NCBI GenBank assembly: GCA_002269645.1
Contig: NIVC01001713.1
Coordinates: 1 to 64,000, forward strand
Reading direction: 5' to 3'
From: Macrostomum lignano
Lineage: Eukaryota
DNA length: 64,000 bases
Under the pieces are notes generated by a model that had not been told where the DNA came from, did no database searches, and saw only the letters and a program-made list of their open reading frames with translations. A program made the position numbers and the translations under genes. Shown in pieces: positions 32,653-45,675 of the stretch. The first letter of the stretch is position 1, and each line of letters begins with the position of its first letter.

Positions 32653-35600
32653 CGCAAAAACTAGACCAGAGGGTAAGATCTGAAACGAATCAGCTAATCT
32701 GAGCTAATCTGAGTTAAGCTAATCCGAAACGAGTAATGGTTTTGATTGTTTTTATAAAAACATTTATCCAGCTTTCAGAACAATTTTCACTAAGCTCGAG
32801 TGGAGCATCCTACCCTTTCTAAGAAGTCCTTGGTTGAAATAATCGCAGACTGAGAAGTTAAGACAACTGAGGGTAGGGCAGCACAGCATGGAACTGGTAG
32901 AAATCCAGACACGAATAAAACTCTCCTAACATACGGGCGAAAGTAAATGCAGTCGAATGCAAGCAAAACTACTTAAGTAGATTAAAAATTCTACATCGGA
33001 GCCGGTAAGAGGCGCCGCACCGGCAGAACAACTCCAGTGCAGCTTATTGAAAATGCATGGGACGGAGGCTCAGACTTGATACACTTATTACATTAAAAGA
33101 CAGCAACCACGTCTGATAGCTGATTTGATTAATTAATCCATATCTAATCAATGCAGCTGAGGTGGCCCCAAGTAACATCTGTGCCGCCCTGTCCCAACGC
33201 GCCGCCCACAGATCCCACCCACGTTTGCCATTTCAGACAGTTGTTTTAATTTAAACAAAAACGTCGGAAGTTTCACGTCATTTTTCTTTAAAAAAGAATC
33301 ACTAAAATATTGAAACGCTTTGCATCGGCCAGAAATATTGATTAAGCTTGCACAAAACCAAAATCAATCTGAAACTCTGCACGTGTATAGGGAATTCGAG
33401 ATGATAAAAGGCGACAGACGGGCGGGAAAAGCAAATAGGAAACAAAAAGTGCAAACCCAAATCTGAGCAGTACTTAGCATCTCGCACAGAGTTTGTTGGA
33501 GCGAAAACAAGAAAAAGAGAGTTAAAGAAGAGATGCAGTTGAGCTTGGGCTTCTGGATTCTCTTCTCAGATTCAATTAATAGGGGGGGGGGTCACTTCAG
33601 TAGCCAGTCAGGCAGACATCCCGTCCGTTCGGCCTTCGTAGTCCCCCTTCTTTCTAGAAGAATCTTATACATCCCAACTTTGCCAATTAGTTAAACTAGT
33701 TATACTTACAACTTAAACTAATAATAATAATAATAATAGTAATCGCTACGACAGCAATAGTAAGAATACGGAGCATAATATAATAAAATTGTGACCCTAC
33801 TCAACCCCATGGGGAGAGCCAACAGGCAAATTCCATTAGCAATGCCAGTACACTACATGTAAACCAAATATTTGAGAATCAAAGAGAAACTGCACACAGC
33901 AGGGAGGGAGGAGGACATTGATTTACGCGGAGCAAGGCTTGTGTTTACAAAGCTTCCTCGCTGGTCTGCCATTTATTCGCTCATTCGTCTGTCAATGTTT
34001 CGGCGCTAACCTGTCAGTCTTCACTCTTCAAACGAAGGTCGGTTGCTGGGCCCCGAATTCAAGGCCTATTTAGCAAATCGCTTGATTGCTTGTTCACAGA
34101 AGAAGGTTTTTTGTTTTCGCCCCGGCTTTCATCGGAAATGCTAGGTAGACAATTTTTAAAAAGAAGGGATGTGGCTCGAACCAGATTTTGGATGAAGCAA
34201 CGTGTCCATATGTTTGAACTAAAGATTTAAGGTCTCCTTGAGCTGGGTCTCTGAGATCCAGGCTTATTACACCAATTGCAGGACACACAGAGAGATTAAT
34301 AATTGTTAAGGAGAAGAATCTGGTAGATAAGAATGCGACAAGCTATAGGGATAAGCAATAGAAAAGTTGTGCACTACACTCGTAAATTCGCTCTCTATTT
34401 TGTGCAGCCAGTGGAGGCAATTTTACCAGCAGCAATCCTAACATGACACAGAGATAGGTAGAGGCAATCTGCTACTTAGGAGCGCAAAATGTAATCGGTA
34501 AAGTTCGATGAGGAAACGATGTCAAGTGAATGATTGACAGCAGCACGGAACGTATATTTTCAAGCGAATTCATCCAGCAATGGAGGGGGTGGGACTAAAA
34601 GCTGCTGGCAGATAAGCGCGAGATTAAACATTAAAAGCAAGGCCAAGAAAAAACAAGCACAGGAACGGAACGAACACGCAGCGGCTCGATGGGCTTAAAA
34701 TCAATTGCTGCAAACTTATTACTGACTTCCGCTAACGAATGTCAGACAAAACCTCACAGCTTGGCAAGGTAGGCGGCCAAATTGATTAGTAGCTACGGTA
34801 CCATAGATAGCTAACGCTGTATATATAGACCCCTTAGCAATTGGGTCCCATCGGTGCAATTATGAATACTCATAATTGAAGAGCATGCAGCTGTGCAGAT
34901 ACATATTTTCCATCGACGCTGGGTTTCGAATCTTTTAAGAAACTGACAAGTTTAATTTTGCAATTTTTATTATGAATTTTTCTCGCGTTATTGCTTGTCA
35001 TTCGGGTCTACGACATTTGACTGACTGCCTTTTGACTGTGTACATGTCTTGGGGGGGGGGGTCACGCCAGTTAAGGGTCACAGGGACGGATCAAGATCTC
35101 TCTTGAAGGGACCTCTGTTTCGCAGGGGATCATTTTATCATTTCATTTCAAGAGAAATTCAAGCGAGATTATAGCGCTATAATTAGCACCATAGTAGGGA
35201 TCGTAATGCTATTTTTGGTGTCACAGGAGGGATCTTAGTAGCATTGATCGCAGATGGGATTTGACTCCCTGCAGACGTGGATCCAGAAAATTTCTTGAGG
35301 GGGGAACCCCTACACCCTGACGAAGCCCTTAAGCGCCAAAATAAGAAAGCAAGTGCCAAACTATAGCAAGGGTCGAGGCGCAAAAACTAGGCATCATATT
35401 GCTGGCAGTCAAATGACGGTATCTCCTGTGATTCATTGACCGTTTATGTTACCTATGTGCCGGATTTACGAGTAACTGGAAGAAGAAGCAACACCTGCTT
35501 CTTACAAGTTCATTTCGGATTTGAGAGAGGCGTTGGAGAAAAGTTGGAACAAGGTTTGGCGGAATAGGCGAGCCTCCCCGCCGCATCCCGGACGGAGCCC

Positions 35601-37136
35601 CTGCAGTTAAGTCAAGCAAGCTACTATTTGAAACAAAGCTCCTCCCTCTTATGCGCTACCTTGGAGACCGCTATTTAACTGCGACCATATCTCGTAAATA
35701 GACAAATGTACAATTCTTTCAAACTAATCATTGTGGATAGAAATAAGTTCGCATGAAAAACATCAAATCACGCTATTTTGATCTCCAATTGGAAGCCTTG
35801 AATAGCAGAGAAATCCGAAAGATTTCCAACAAAGCTATCAGCCCCATTTAATCCCTTTCGTGGCGATTCCGGGTACATGGGAGTGATTCAACGCACATTT
35901 GATTTTTCCATTATGGTTCCGAAATTAAAGTTGGACAAAGAAGAGACACCTTTTAGGGAAATAAGTTAAGCTTAGGCGGTAAATTAGTACATTAGTGCCA
36001 GACAGAGAGTATTGAAATTGAAAGCATGCATCAGCTTTTAGAGCGCAGCGATAAAGGCGGATCAATTAGGTTCAGTCAAGCTGGCAAAGCGTCAAATATT
36101 GTATATGGATAAAATGATGTGGAGAATGTTTTTTATAAATTCACTCCGCGAGTCAAGCTGGTGGAAATCTATTTCACATATTGATGTTCTCTGTACGTCA
36201 GTTTTATCAACTAAATTCATTTCTATACGAACCAGAATTAATTGATCAAACAGAAAATATATAATAACTGAATAGTTCAGTCAAAATATGAAAAGTATGG
36301 TTCCTTTTTAATAAAAGCCTTATGCAAGTTTCTAAATATAGCCATTCCTAAATCAGGTGCCAAAAGGTTTGAGGATATAAAAACACAGCAATCTAAGCAG
36401 CATCCTTGACAGCAGAAGCAGCAGACAGGATGCTGGCAATGGCCGCCCGCAGTGAGTGTGTGGCAACAACAAATGACCAGCCTCTATGTTTAGGACGCAA
36501 TTAACAACAAGTCAATGTTTTGTAATTGCACTTTAGAGCAACGTAATGGATGGAGCTTTACAAGGAAAGCAACTTAAACACTAGGCCAGTAATGGTATAA
36601 GCCATCAGAGTGGTTAAAGGACCTAGGCAGAACCGGGACGACGAGTAAGAGGATGCATTAAATTACATGAAATTAAGACACCGCATTTGTCTGCCAGTGC
36701 CAATGCACATAGAAAACGCACACATGAATATGAATTCTCCTATTCATTGCATGCACTGTGCAGCATCACTTTCCATTGCACTGATTAAGCCATAGTTTCC
36801 ATGCAAACCAAATTTATATTTTACGATCAAACCCAAGCCGAGATTCCGATTTAACCCCAAATTAATGTGACTGCACTTGGAATCAAGCCTGGGCCGCTGG
36901 CACATAGCAGCGCCACACTAGACCGGTAGGCTACGCCCCCCCCCCCAAAAAGCCTGGGGTTTTGGCTCTCGTGACTATGACGAACGCGAATGAGTGCGAC
37001 CGCACACGGAATCGAAGCTTTAAGAGTTGAGCTGTTTCTGCACTCAAGTGGCTTGGTGGACTCTATCGCGATTAATGGCCCTGTGCACCTGTTCTAGCAT
37101 GCACAGACTGACGGAAAAAAGGACAGTTCAACCTAC

Positions 37137-37216
37137 CTAATCCAGTTGCGACAGACGCAGCAGCCGGCGGCAGGTGCCGCTGCCTGAATGCGCAAGGCAG
37201 CTCCCAGGAGACACTG
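37137..37216 (-). CDS. MRPL14: Probable MRPL14 first coding exon (targeting peptide QCLLGAALRIQAAAPAAGCCVCRNWI), no own ATG
   Basis: Acceptor TTCTTTAATTGCAG; donor AG/GTAGGT in phase 2, matching the downstream exon; Arg/Ala/Leu-rich with no acidic residues. An alternative model uses the ATG at 37257 with a weaker donor. Confidence 0.6.
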
Positions 37217-37439
37217 CTGCAATTAAAGAACAGTTTAGGCCAATGCTGCAGAGCCATTCTGGGCTGACAAAGTACGCAACTCACTCAGCTAGTCATAGAA
37301 TAATAACAGGCTGGGAAATAGCAGGTGTCTAACATCAGCTACCTGGCTATGGAGCACGTAATAATTATTTGAACTGACATCGATGCTCAGTCAGTACTGC
37401 GGTAAGCTTAGACAGCTGGCGACTTGCTGGGCCAGCCTG

Positions 37440-37790
37440 CTAGACTGCCGATCTGGGAGGCTGGTGCAGCAACTGAGGATCTGGGAGGCTGGCCCAGCAA
37501 CTGAGGATCTGGGAGGCTGGCTCAGCAACTGAGGATCTGGGAGGCTGGCCCAGCAACTGAGGATCTGGGAGGCTGGCCCAGCAACTGAGGATCTGGGAGG
37601 CTGGCCCAGCAATTGAGGATCTGGGAGGCTGGCCCAGCAACTGAGGATCTGGGAGGCTGGCCCAGCAACTGAGGATCTGGGAGGCTGGCCCAGCAACTGA
37701 GGATCTGGGAGGCTGACACAGCAACTGAGGATCTGGGAGGCTGACACAGCGACTGAGAATCTGGGAGGGTGGCACAGCGACTGAGGGTCT
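37440..37790 (+). repeat. 28-bp minisatellite GCAACTGAGGATCTGGGAGGCTGGCCCA, ~12 copies
   Basis: Read directly. Confidence 0.96.
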
Positions 37791-38112
37791 AGGATGGTAG
37801 CGGTGAGCCAACAACTGAAAATTGAGAAGGTTGGTGAAATTCGCGGAGGATAGTTATCAAGCACATGCATGGATACAAGGAAAAGGTTATTGATTTTCCA
37901 TTACAATCCACTAAAACACAGAATTTCTTTATTATCCTATTTAGAGTAGTAATGGAAGCGAAAGACAGACAAAATTAAAGACACCTGTACTAAAAGATAT
38001 GCAATATAAGTGGCTATTTCTGAAAGTGGCCGTTTATTTAGAAGTGACTCTTTCAATTATCAAATGTGCTTTAACCATACGCCAAAAAGCATAATATTGC
38101 TCTACTACATTG

Positions 38113-38870
38113 GGTTGTTGGTTGTTGGTGTGTGTACTTTAATGTCTGGGACTAGATTGGGGGGTTGGTTGTTGGTGTGTGTACTTTAATGTCTGGGACT
38201 AGATTGGGGGGTTGGTTGTTGGTGTGTGTACTTTAATGTCTGGGACTAGGTTGGGGGGTTGGTTGTTGGTGTGTGTACTTTAATGTCTGGGACTAGATTG
38301 GGGGGTTGGTTGTTGGTTGTTGGTGTGTGTACTTTAATGTCTGGGACTAGATTGGGGGGTTGGTTGTTGGTGTGTGTACTTTAATGTCTGGGACTAGGTT
38401 GGGGGGTTGGTTGTTGGTGTGTGTACTTTAATGTCTGGGACTAGATTGGGGGGTTGGTTGTTGGTGTGTGTACTTTAATGTCTGGGACTAGGTTGGGGGG
38501 TTGGTTGTTGGTGTGTGTACTTTAATGTCTGGGACTAGGTTGGGGGGTTGGTTGTTGGTGTGTGTACTTTAATGTCTGGGACTAGGTTGGGGGGCTGGTT
38601 GCCGGTGTGTGTACTTTAATGTCTGGGACTAGGTTGGGGGGTTGGTTGTTGGTGTGTGTACTTTAATGTCTGGGACTAGATTGGGGGCTGGTTGCCGGTG
38701 TGTGTACTTTAATGTCTGGGACTAGGTTGGGGGGTTGGTTGTTGGTGTGTGTACTTTAATGTCTGGGACTAGGTTGGGGGGTTGGTTGTTGGTGTGTGTA
38801 CTTAAATTGGCTGGGACTAGATTGCGGGGTTGGTTGTTGGTGTGTGTACTTTAATTAGCTGGAACTAGAT
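38113..38870 (+). repeat. 47-bp GT-rich minisatellite, ~16 copies
   Basis: Period 47 (AATGTCTGGG at 38141, 38188, ...). Confidence 0.97.
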
Positions 38871-39959
38871 TGGGGGTCTGGATTGGTTGGTTGTAAGTGT
38901 CTACTTCAAAGAATAGGCTACAGTGACAGTAAGTATTATAAGTGTTGCGTCACCAATGCCAATTAATATAAAGGCAATATGATTTAATAAAATGTTTCAA
39001 TGGAAAGTATATATTTATAACAGTTAATCTGGTTTTAAAATATTTAGTGTTACATCGCGCAAAAATAGTATAAGGAAGCAGTTATGCTATATATAATTTA
39101 AAAAATAGGTAGATATCAGCCAAAATCTGACGAAACAAACAATTATAAAAACCGACACCAGCAGAAGCGGAAAAATCCGCGGTCAATAAAATCACCTCTG
39201 ATACATGTAGTATAATAAATCTCGTGAATAGAAAGACGCGCAGACAACTTCGGCTTAAAATATGAGCACAAGAGCATACGGCAGCAAAGCACCAGGCCCC
39301 AAGTGAGGAAAGCAATTAGTTAAAAGTACAAGGTACCAGTCTATTTGTAAATGACCTTAGTTGTAAGCGTGTTATAATTCCACGCCTAGATTGCATGCAC
39401 CAGCACCGACATTGTGACTGACCTTCGGTTCAATAAACAAGCCACACCAGAGACCAATAAACAAATCATTTATACGCCATAAATCATGTACAAGCACGAA
39501 GTAAACAATTTGTAATCCCTGGATTAACTAGACTAGCTGGAGAGGTTATCAATAATAATGCAAATTATTAAATTCTGCTGAAATCTGATAAGATATGCGA
39601 ACATGTAATATCAAGTAACAAAAACTCGTAAGTAGGTATTAGAAGTAGTAGAACCTCATTGGAAGAGGTAAAAGTCACTAAGAAATCGTAGCCATTGGTT
39701 TCGATCGCTTTCTCTGCCGCCAAATAGTTTAACAAACTACTCGTAGCTAGGTAAAACGGTTTACGCTACATATCGGTAGTGTGAATATAACTGCAAATAG
39801 TATGAAATACGATAGGATACCTTTCAAAAATTACTTTTTCGATACATATCGGCAGTCCAGAAGCAATAGAAACTATGCCTCTCTAAAATAATATACGCAA
39901 CATATCGGCAGACAATGTGACAGAATTTTGAAAGGCCAATAGTGCCAGTCCAGGGATCG

Positions 39960-40871
39960 TCAGTCCAGGCCAACGGACGGCAGGTGCCGGTCGGACAGGG
40001 CGCCGCTCCGGTGGTAGCGATCCCGATCGCCGTAGTCACCGTCGGTGCCCTGGGTGGCCAGAGTGGCCGGCTTGGCCGTCAGAGGCAGCTCGGGCACAGC
40101 GGTCGGCTTCAACACCAGCTGGCGAGCTTCGTCATCATCATCATCATCGTCATTGTCGCCTTCTCCGCCTTCACCGTTAGCATCGCCGTGACCGTGGTGA
40201 CGCTGACTGGCCGGGCAGCAGCAGCGACAGCAGCAGCACCGACGAAGCTGCCTAGCCAAGTCGGTCAGCCAGTCGGTCAAGGAGAACTGAGCGGTGATGC
40301 CTGGAGCGGCGCCCGGGTAGGCCCGGCCCAGGTAGAGGTGCAGGGCGGCCAGCAGCAGCACGGCGGCGAGGGCGTACTCCCAGCGGGTGGCAAACATTAC
40401 GGCCAGACAGGCTATAGCGGTTGCTAAGGAGACCCAACGGTTGCTAAGGCTGGCGTAGCGAGCGGTTGACTTGTCTAGAATCGCTGAAGGTGAAGGAGGA
40501 ACCGCCTGCTGCTGCTTGTCAGGCGAGGCGGAAGACTTCACCGAGGCGGCCGAGCCATTCCGCCTGCGCTCGGCTGGAAACAGCTTGTCCAGGTCGCTGC
40601 TGCGGGACAGAGCCCGCTGCCTGTTGCCGGCCAGGTCTCCCGCAGTCTCCGGCCGAGCCGCTGCGGTGGTCACGCTCTTGGCGGCGTCGAAACGCCTGCG
40701 CTGACGTTGCTCTAAGTCGAAGGACATTGCCAACGCGAAATAGGCGTAGTTCACAGCGGCGTAGGTAAGTAGGAACGGCATGGCAACTATTGGACCCAAT
40801 AAGTTTACGTTGCCAATCAGGATAAATAGCAGGGAGATGCTGGCCACAGTTAGCAGGGAGTAGACGGGCAC
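39960..40871 (-). CDS. SLC12A8: Cation-chloride cotransporter-family SLC12A8 (CCC9), exon 3
   Basis: GNVNLLGPIVAMPFLLTYAAVNYAYF and NRWVSL..MF..RWEY..YLGRAYPG; acceptor TTTCTCTTTGCCCAG, phase 0. Confidence 0.9.
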   Translation of the reverse strand: MPVYSLLTVASISLLFILIGNVNLLGPIVAMPFLLTYAAVNYAYFALAMSFDLEQRQRRRFDAAKSVTTAAARPETAGDLAGNRQRALSRSSDLDKLFPAERRRNGSAASVKSSASPDKQQQAVPPSPSAILDKSTARYASLSNRWVSLATAIACLAVMFATRWEYALAAVLLLAALHLYLGRAYPGAAPGITAQFSLTDWLTDLARQLRRCCCCRCCCPASQRHHGHGDANGEGGEGDNDDDDDDDEARQLVLKPTAVPELPLTAKPATLATQGTDGDYGDRDRYHRSGALSDRHLPSVGLD

Positions 40872-40931
40872 CTGGGCAAAGAGAAACGATTGCTGTTTTA
40901 TTTAAAAACATTCAAAAGACCAGTAGAAAAG

Positions 40932-41570
40932 CGGGTCAAATCGGGTCAAGCTAGGTCAAGCCATGTGAGAAAATCGGGTAAGCTAGGTCAAGCCAGGTGA
41001 GAAAATCGGGTCAAGCTAGGTCAAGCTAGGTCAAGCCAGGTGAAAAATCGGGTCAAGCTGGGTCAAGCTAGGTCAAGCCAGGTGGGCAAATCGGGTCAAG
41101 CTAGGTCAAGCCAAGTGAGCAAATCGGGTCAAGCTAGGTCAAGCCAGGTGAGAAAATCGGGTCAAGCTAGGTCAAGCTAGGTGAGAAAATCGGGTCAAGC
41201 TGGGTCAAGCCAGGTGAGAAAATCGGTCAAGCTAGGTCAAGCCAGGTAAGCAAATCGGGTCAAGCTAGGTCAAGCCAGGTAAGCAAATCGGGTCAAGCTA
41301 GGTCAAGCCATGTGAGAAAATCGGGTCAAGCTAGGTCAAGCTAGGTGAGAAAATCGGGTCAAGCTGGGTCAAGCCAGGTGAGAAAATCGGGTCAAGCTAG
41401 GTCAAGCCAGGTGAGAAAATCGGGTCAAGCTAGGTCAAGCTAGGTGAGAAAATCGGGTCAAGCTAGGTCAAGCCAGGTGAAAAAATCGGTCAATCTAGGT
41501 CAAGCCAGGTGAGAAAATCGGTCAAGCTAGGTCAAGCCAGGTGAGAAAATCGGGTCAAGCTAAGTCAAGT
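40932..41570 (+). repeat. Intronic modular minisatellite (GGTCAAGCTA / GGTCAAGCCA / GGTGAGAAAATCG, ~33 bp)
   Basis: Read directly. Confidence 0.95.
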
Positions 41571-41682
41571 CAGGAAAGAAACCGGGTCCCCTTGGTCAGT
41601 AAATCGAGTGGATAAAGAATATAAATCGGTTCAAGAAGCAAACAGCAAACAAATAGTGGAGCAGATCAAGCCCAACACAAAC

Positions 41683-42405
41683 CTGCACAGAGAACTTGCG
41701 AACAGCCAGGGGTTCCATGAAAGCCAATTTCGTATCAGCGGCTATTGCCGACAAAATTCTACAGGCGCCGGACATGCCACCGAGAGCGGCGCTAAGCGCG
41801 CTAACGTAGAGGCCGCACAGGAATAGCGGGCCAAGCAGGGATACCTTCTGAGCGATGGCGTAGTCTGTTAGCAGAGCCTGACGGTAGCAGGTGGCGCCCA
41901 GCACCATGGCGAAGGTGAGGTACAGCAGGCAGCTGGCGCCGATAGCGCACAGGCTGCCGAGCGGTATGTTGCGCTTCGGATCGCGCAGATCTGCGCACAT
42001 ATTAACGCCGGACATGACGCCAGTTATAGTTGGAAAGAATACACCAAGCACAGTGAAGAAACCATTAACGGAGTCATTGTCGACGTGGTACCCATGGTTG
42101 CTAGGTGGAAAAGTGTTGTTACTAAGGACGCCAGCTGAGTAGCCCGCAAAGCCGACTGGATGGCGCCAATTAGCGAAGGAGCCGAGCAGGAAGTCCAGCA
42201 CAGCGGCCAGCAGCACTGCCAGCAGGGCCAGCTGCAGTCGGACAACCCACTTCACCCCGGCCGCGTTGACGCCGACCAGGCCGACAGTGACGGCGACGGC
42301 GAATCCGCGGGCTGCCCAGGCTGCCGACGTTGACGACGGCGCCAGCGGGAGCAGAGAGGCGGCCGATTCGCCCAAGCCGACGGCGTTCAGAGAGGCACCG
42401 ATGGT
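41683..42405 (-). CDS. SLC12A8: SLC12A8 exon 2
   Basis: GVKWVVRLQL, FFTVLGVFFPTITGVMSGVNMCADLRDPKRNIPLGSL, GLYVSALSAALG; 723 nt, phase 0 at both ends (TTCGCAG acceptor, CAG/GTTTGT donor). Confidence 0.9.
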
Positions 42406-42582
42406 CTGCGAAAGTGCAGAGTGTACTTTTCATTAGCGGACAGCACGCTTGTGGACTGAATGATTCATTCTATTTATTCCACTTCTTGCGAGGCCGGAAA
42501 GGGCCGATTTGTAGGACTAATGGTGATTTCCACAATCTCAGCATTGAGCAACCGGGCCATTCGCAAAGCGCATTTGTCCAAA

Positions 42583-44692
42583 GAGGTCTATCAAATCTGC
42601 TTGCGAGAAGTTTGCTTGCGGAATTTTGCTTGCAGGAAATTTGCTTGCAGGAAATTTGCTTGCTGCACATAAGCTCGCCGAAGTCTGCTTGCAGAAATTT
42701 TGCTTGCCGAGGTTTGCCAGCCACAGTTTTCTTGCGGAACCTTAAAGAACCTATTTTTGAGCTCTTGTATTTCTAATTTTCATCCATTGTACAAAAATCA
42801 TTTTCTAAGATTTGTGGAAGTCGCCTTTAGTGTTATGACTTTGTATGAGAATATGGCGGATTTGAAAAGCCCTAACGCAGAAATGGAATAATTTAGTTTT
42901 TTACTCACAAGCAATCAACTTCCAACTTCACAAGCAATTAAAGCAAGCAAGCAAGAAGACATCAAAATTCCTGCAAGCAAACTTCGGCAAGCAGACTTCG
43001 GCAAGCAGACTTCGGCAAGCAGACTTCGGCAAGCAAAATTCCTGCAAGCAAACTTTGGCAAGCAGACTTCGGCAAGCAAAATTCCTGCAAGCAAACTTTG
43101 GCAAGCAGACTTCGGCAAGCAAAATTCCTGCAAGCAAACTTTGGCAAGCAGACTTCGGCAAGCAAAATTCCGGCAAGCAAAATTCCTGCAAGCAAACTTT
43201 GGCAAGCAGACTTCGGCAAGCAGACTTCGGCAAGCAAAATTCCTGCAAGCAAACTTTGGCAAGCAGACTTCGGCAAGCAAAATTCCTGCAAGCAAACTTT
43301 GGCAAGCAGACTTCGGCAAGCAAAATTCCTGCAAGCAAACTTTGGCAAGCAGACTTCGGCAAGCAAAATTCCTGCAAGCAAACTTTGGCAAGCAGACTTC
43401 GGCAAGCAAAATTCCTGCAAGCAAACTTTGGCAAGCAGACTTCGGCAAGCAGACTTCGGCAAGCAAAATTCCTGCAAGCAAACTTCGGCAAGCAGACTTC
43501 GGCAAGCAGACTTCGGCAAGCAGACTTCGGCAAGCAAAATTCCTGCAAGCAAACTTCGGCAAGCAAACTTTGGCAAGCAGACTTCGGCAAACAGACTTCG
43601 GCAAGCAGACTTCGGCAAACAGACTTCGGCAAGCAAACTTCGGCAAGCAAACTTCGGCAAGCAGACTTCGGCAAGCAGACTTCGGCAAGCAGACTTCGGC
43701 AAACAGACTTCGGCAAGCAAACTTCGGCAAGCAGACTTCGGCAAGCAAAATTCCTGCAAGCAAACTTCGGCAAGCAGACTTCGGCAAGCAGACTTCGGCA
43801 AGCAGACTTCGGCAAGCAAAATTCCTGCAAGCAAACTTCGGCAAGCAAACTTTGGCAAGCAGACTTCGGCAAGCAAAATTCCTGCAAGCAAACTTCGGCA
43901 AGCAAACTTTGGCAAGCAGACTTCGGCAAGCAAAATTCCTGCAAGCAAACTTTGGCAAGCAGACTTCGGCAAGCAGACTTCGGCAAGCAAAATTCCTGCA
44001 AGCAAACTTTGGCAAGCAAACTTCGGCAAGCAGACTTCGGCAAGCAAAATTCCTGCAAGCAAACTTTGGCAAGAAGACTTCGGCAAGCAAAATTCCTGCA
44101 AGCAAACTTCGGCAAGCAAACTTCGGCAAGCAGACTTCGGCAAGCAAAATTCCTGCAAGCAAACTTTGGCAAGCAGACTTTGGCAAGCAGACTTCGGCAA
44201 GCAAAATTCCTGCAAGCAAACTTCGGCAAGCAAACTTTGGCAAGCAGACTTCGGCAAGCAAAATTCCTGCAAGCAAACTTTGGCAAGCAGACTTCGGCAA
44301 GCAGACTTCGGCAAGCAAAATTCCTGCAAGCAAACTTTGGCAAGCAAACTTCGGCAAGCAGACTTCGGCAAGCAAAATTCCTGCAAGCAAACTTTGGCAA
44401 GCAGACTTCGGCAAGCAAAATTCCTGCAAGCAAACTTTGGCAAGCAGACTTCGGCAAGCAAAATTCCGGCAAGCAAAATTCCTGCAAGCAAACTTTGGCA
44501 AGCAAACTTCGGCAAGCAAAATTCCTGCAAGCAAAATTCCTGCAAGCAGACTTCGGCAAGCAAAATTCCTGCAAGCAAACTTTGGCAAGCAGACTTCGGC
44601 AAGCAGACTTCGGCAAGCAAAATTCCTGCAAGCAAACTTTGGCAAGCAGACTTCGGCAAGCAAAATTCCTGCAAGCAAACTTCATACTCCCC
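42583..44692. repeat. Inverted modular repeat: short reverse arm (42583-42740), AT-rich spacer, 1.7-kb forward array (42965-44680) of 14-15-bp GCAAGC units
   Basis: Units GCAAGCAGACTTCG / GCAAGCAAAATTCCT / GCAAGCAAACTTTG; their reverse complements occur at 42597-42720. Confidence 0.9.
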
Positions 44693-44862
44693 AATCAATC
44701 TACTCGTACTAATCTCTTAATCCTATCAAACAATTAAAATACGAACAAACAGTATCAATCCTATGTATCAAATAATCTATCTACCTATCTGTCTATCTAC
44801 CCTGCCTATCTATCTATTTATCTAGCTGCCTATGAATCAATAAATCAATCAACCCATCTCAC

Positions 44863-45288
44863 CTGAGCCAGGCAGTACATCAGGCCGATAGCCGCAGCCC
44901 GCCGGCCGCCCAGCACGCGGCCCAGCAGCGGATAGACTCCGCAGGCCTCGGCGCCGCAGCGCTCCAGCACGCCAATAACGCTGAGCACGGAGAACAGGGC
45001 CACGGACACGGGTATGAGGATGACCAGCAAGCCCAGAAGCAGGCCGGCATTGCCAACAACCCAGCCGGTGCGCAGAAACACCACCATGCCGACCGTGTTC
45101 AACAGGCAGGTGGTGAACACACCGTCCCAGGTGCCGAATTTCACTGATTCGCCGAATCGAAGCAGGAAATTGGCCCGCCACCAGGGCAGCGCGGAGTCGT
45201 GGCCCTCCTCACAGAACAGCTCGCCTTCTCGAACAGGCGGCGCGGCAGGGCTGACGCCGCCGTTCAGCAGCACGTCTCGCTCGCTCAT
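44863..45288 (-). CDS. SLC12A8: SLC12A8 exon 1
   Basis: LPWWRANF..VKFGTWDGVFTTCLLN..G.VVFLRTGWVVGNAG; donor CAG/GTGAGA. The three exons total 686 aa. Confidence 0.93.
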
Positions 45289-45552
45289 TTATATTAGATG
45301 TTCCCTAGTTCTTGTTCCTTGAGCTGAGCATTGCGACAGACTGGAACAAAATTAAGTTTGGCTTATAAGCTACTTTTACCAGTCTCTGATGCGCATTCTA
45401 AATAAGGGACGAGAAGGAGAGGAGACAAGCAGCTCATTCCGCTGACCCTGAGAACGGATAAGTATGCAGGCACACGCTCACATAGGGTGTACAGCAGATT
45501 TGGGCACTGTGTCTCGACAGTCAGACACAGAGGTACCTCATGGGTAGCTCGT

Positions 45553-45675
45553 ACCCCAGCTAATGCTGGGTGAAGTGTCTTTGCTCAAGGACACTACTAG
45601 TTCCAGTGGGTCGAGAATTGAACGCTTGACCTTTTAGTCGTTAAGTCCGAAGCTCAAACCAGCAGGCTACAAACC
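45553..45675 (-). mobile_element. Second, internally deleted copy of the tRNA-derived SINE family
   Basis: Reverse strand shares GTAGCC..TGG, CCCACTGGAAC, GTCCTTGAGCAA(A)GACACTT and CAGCATTAGCTGGGGTA with 30143-30449. Confidence 0.75.

Noticed and set aside
32880-33260. Candidate nearer first exon for MRPL14
   Set aside because: No combination of ATG or acceptor with a phase-2 donor gave an open, presequence-like frame.
35100-35180. GGGGATCATTT resembling the U3 snoRNA 5' box
   Set aside because: The match is only ~10 nt, with no supporting boxes or terminal stem.
42915-44737. Six 520-590-aa ORFs on both strands
   Set aside because: Stop-free translations of the 14-15-bp module array inside SLC12A8 intron 1; all six frames being open shows a repeat artefact.
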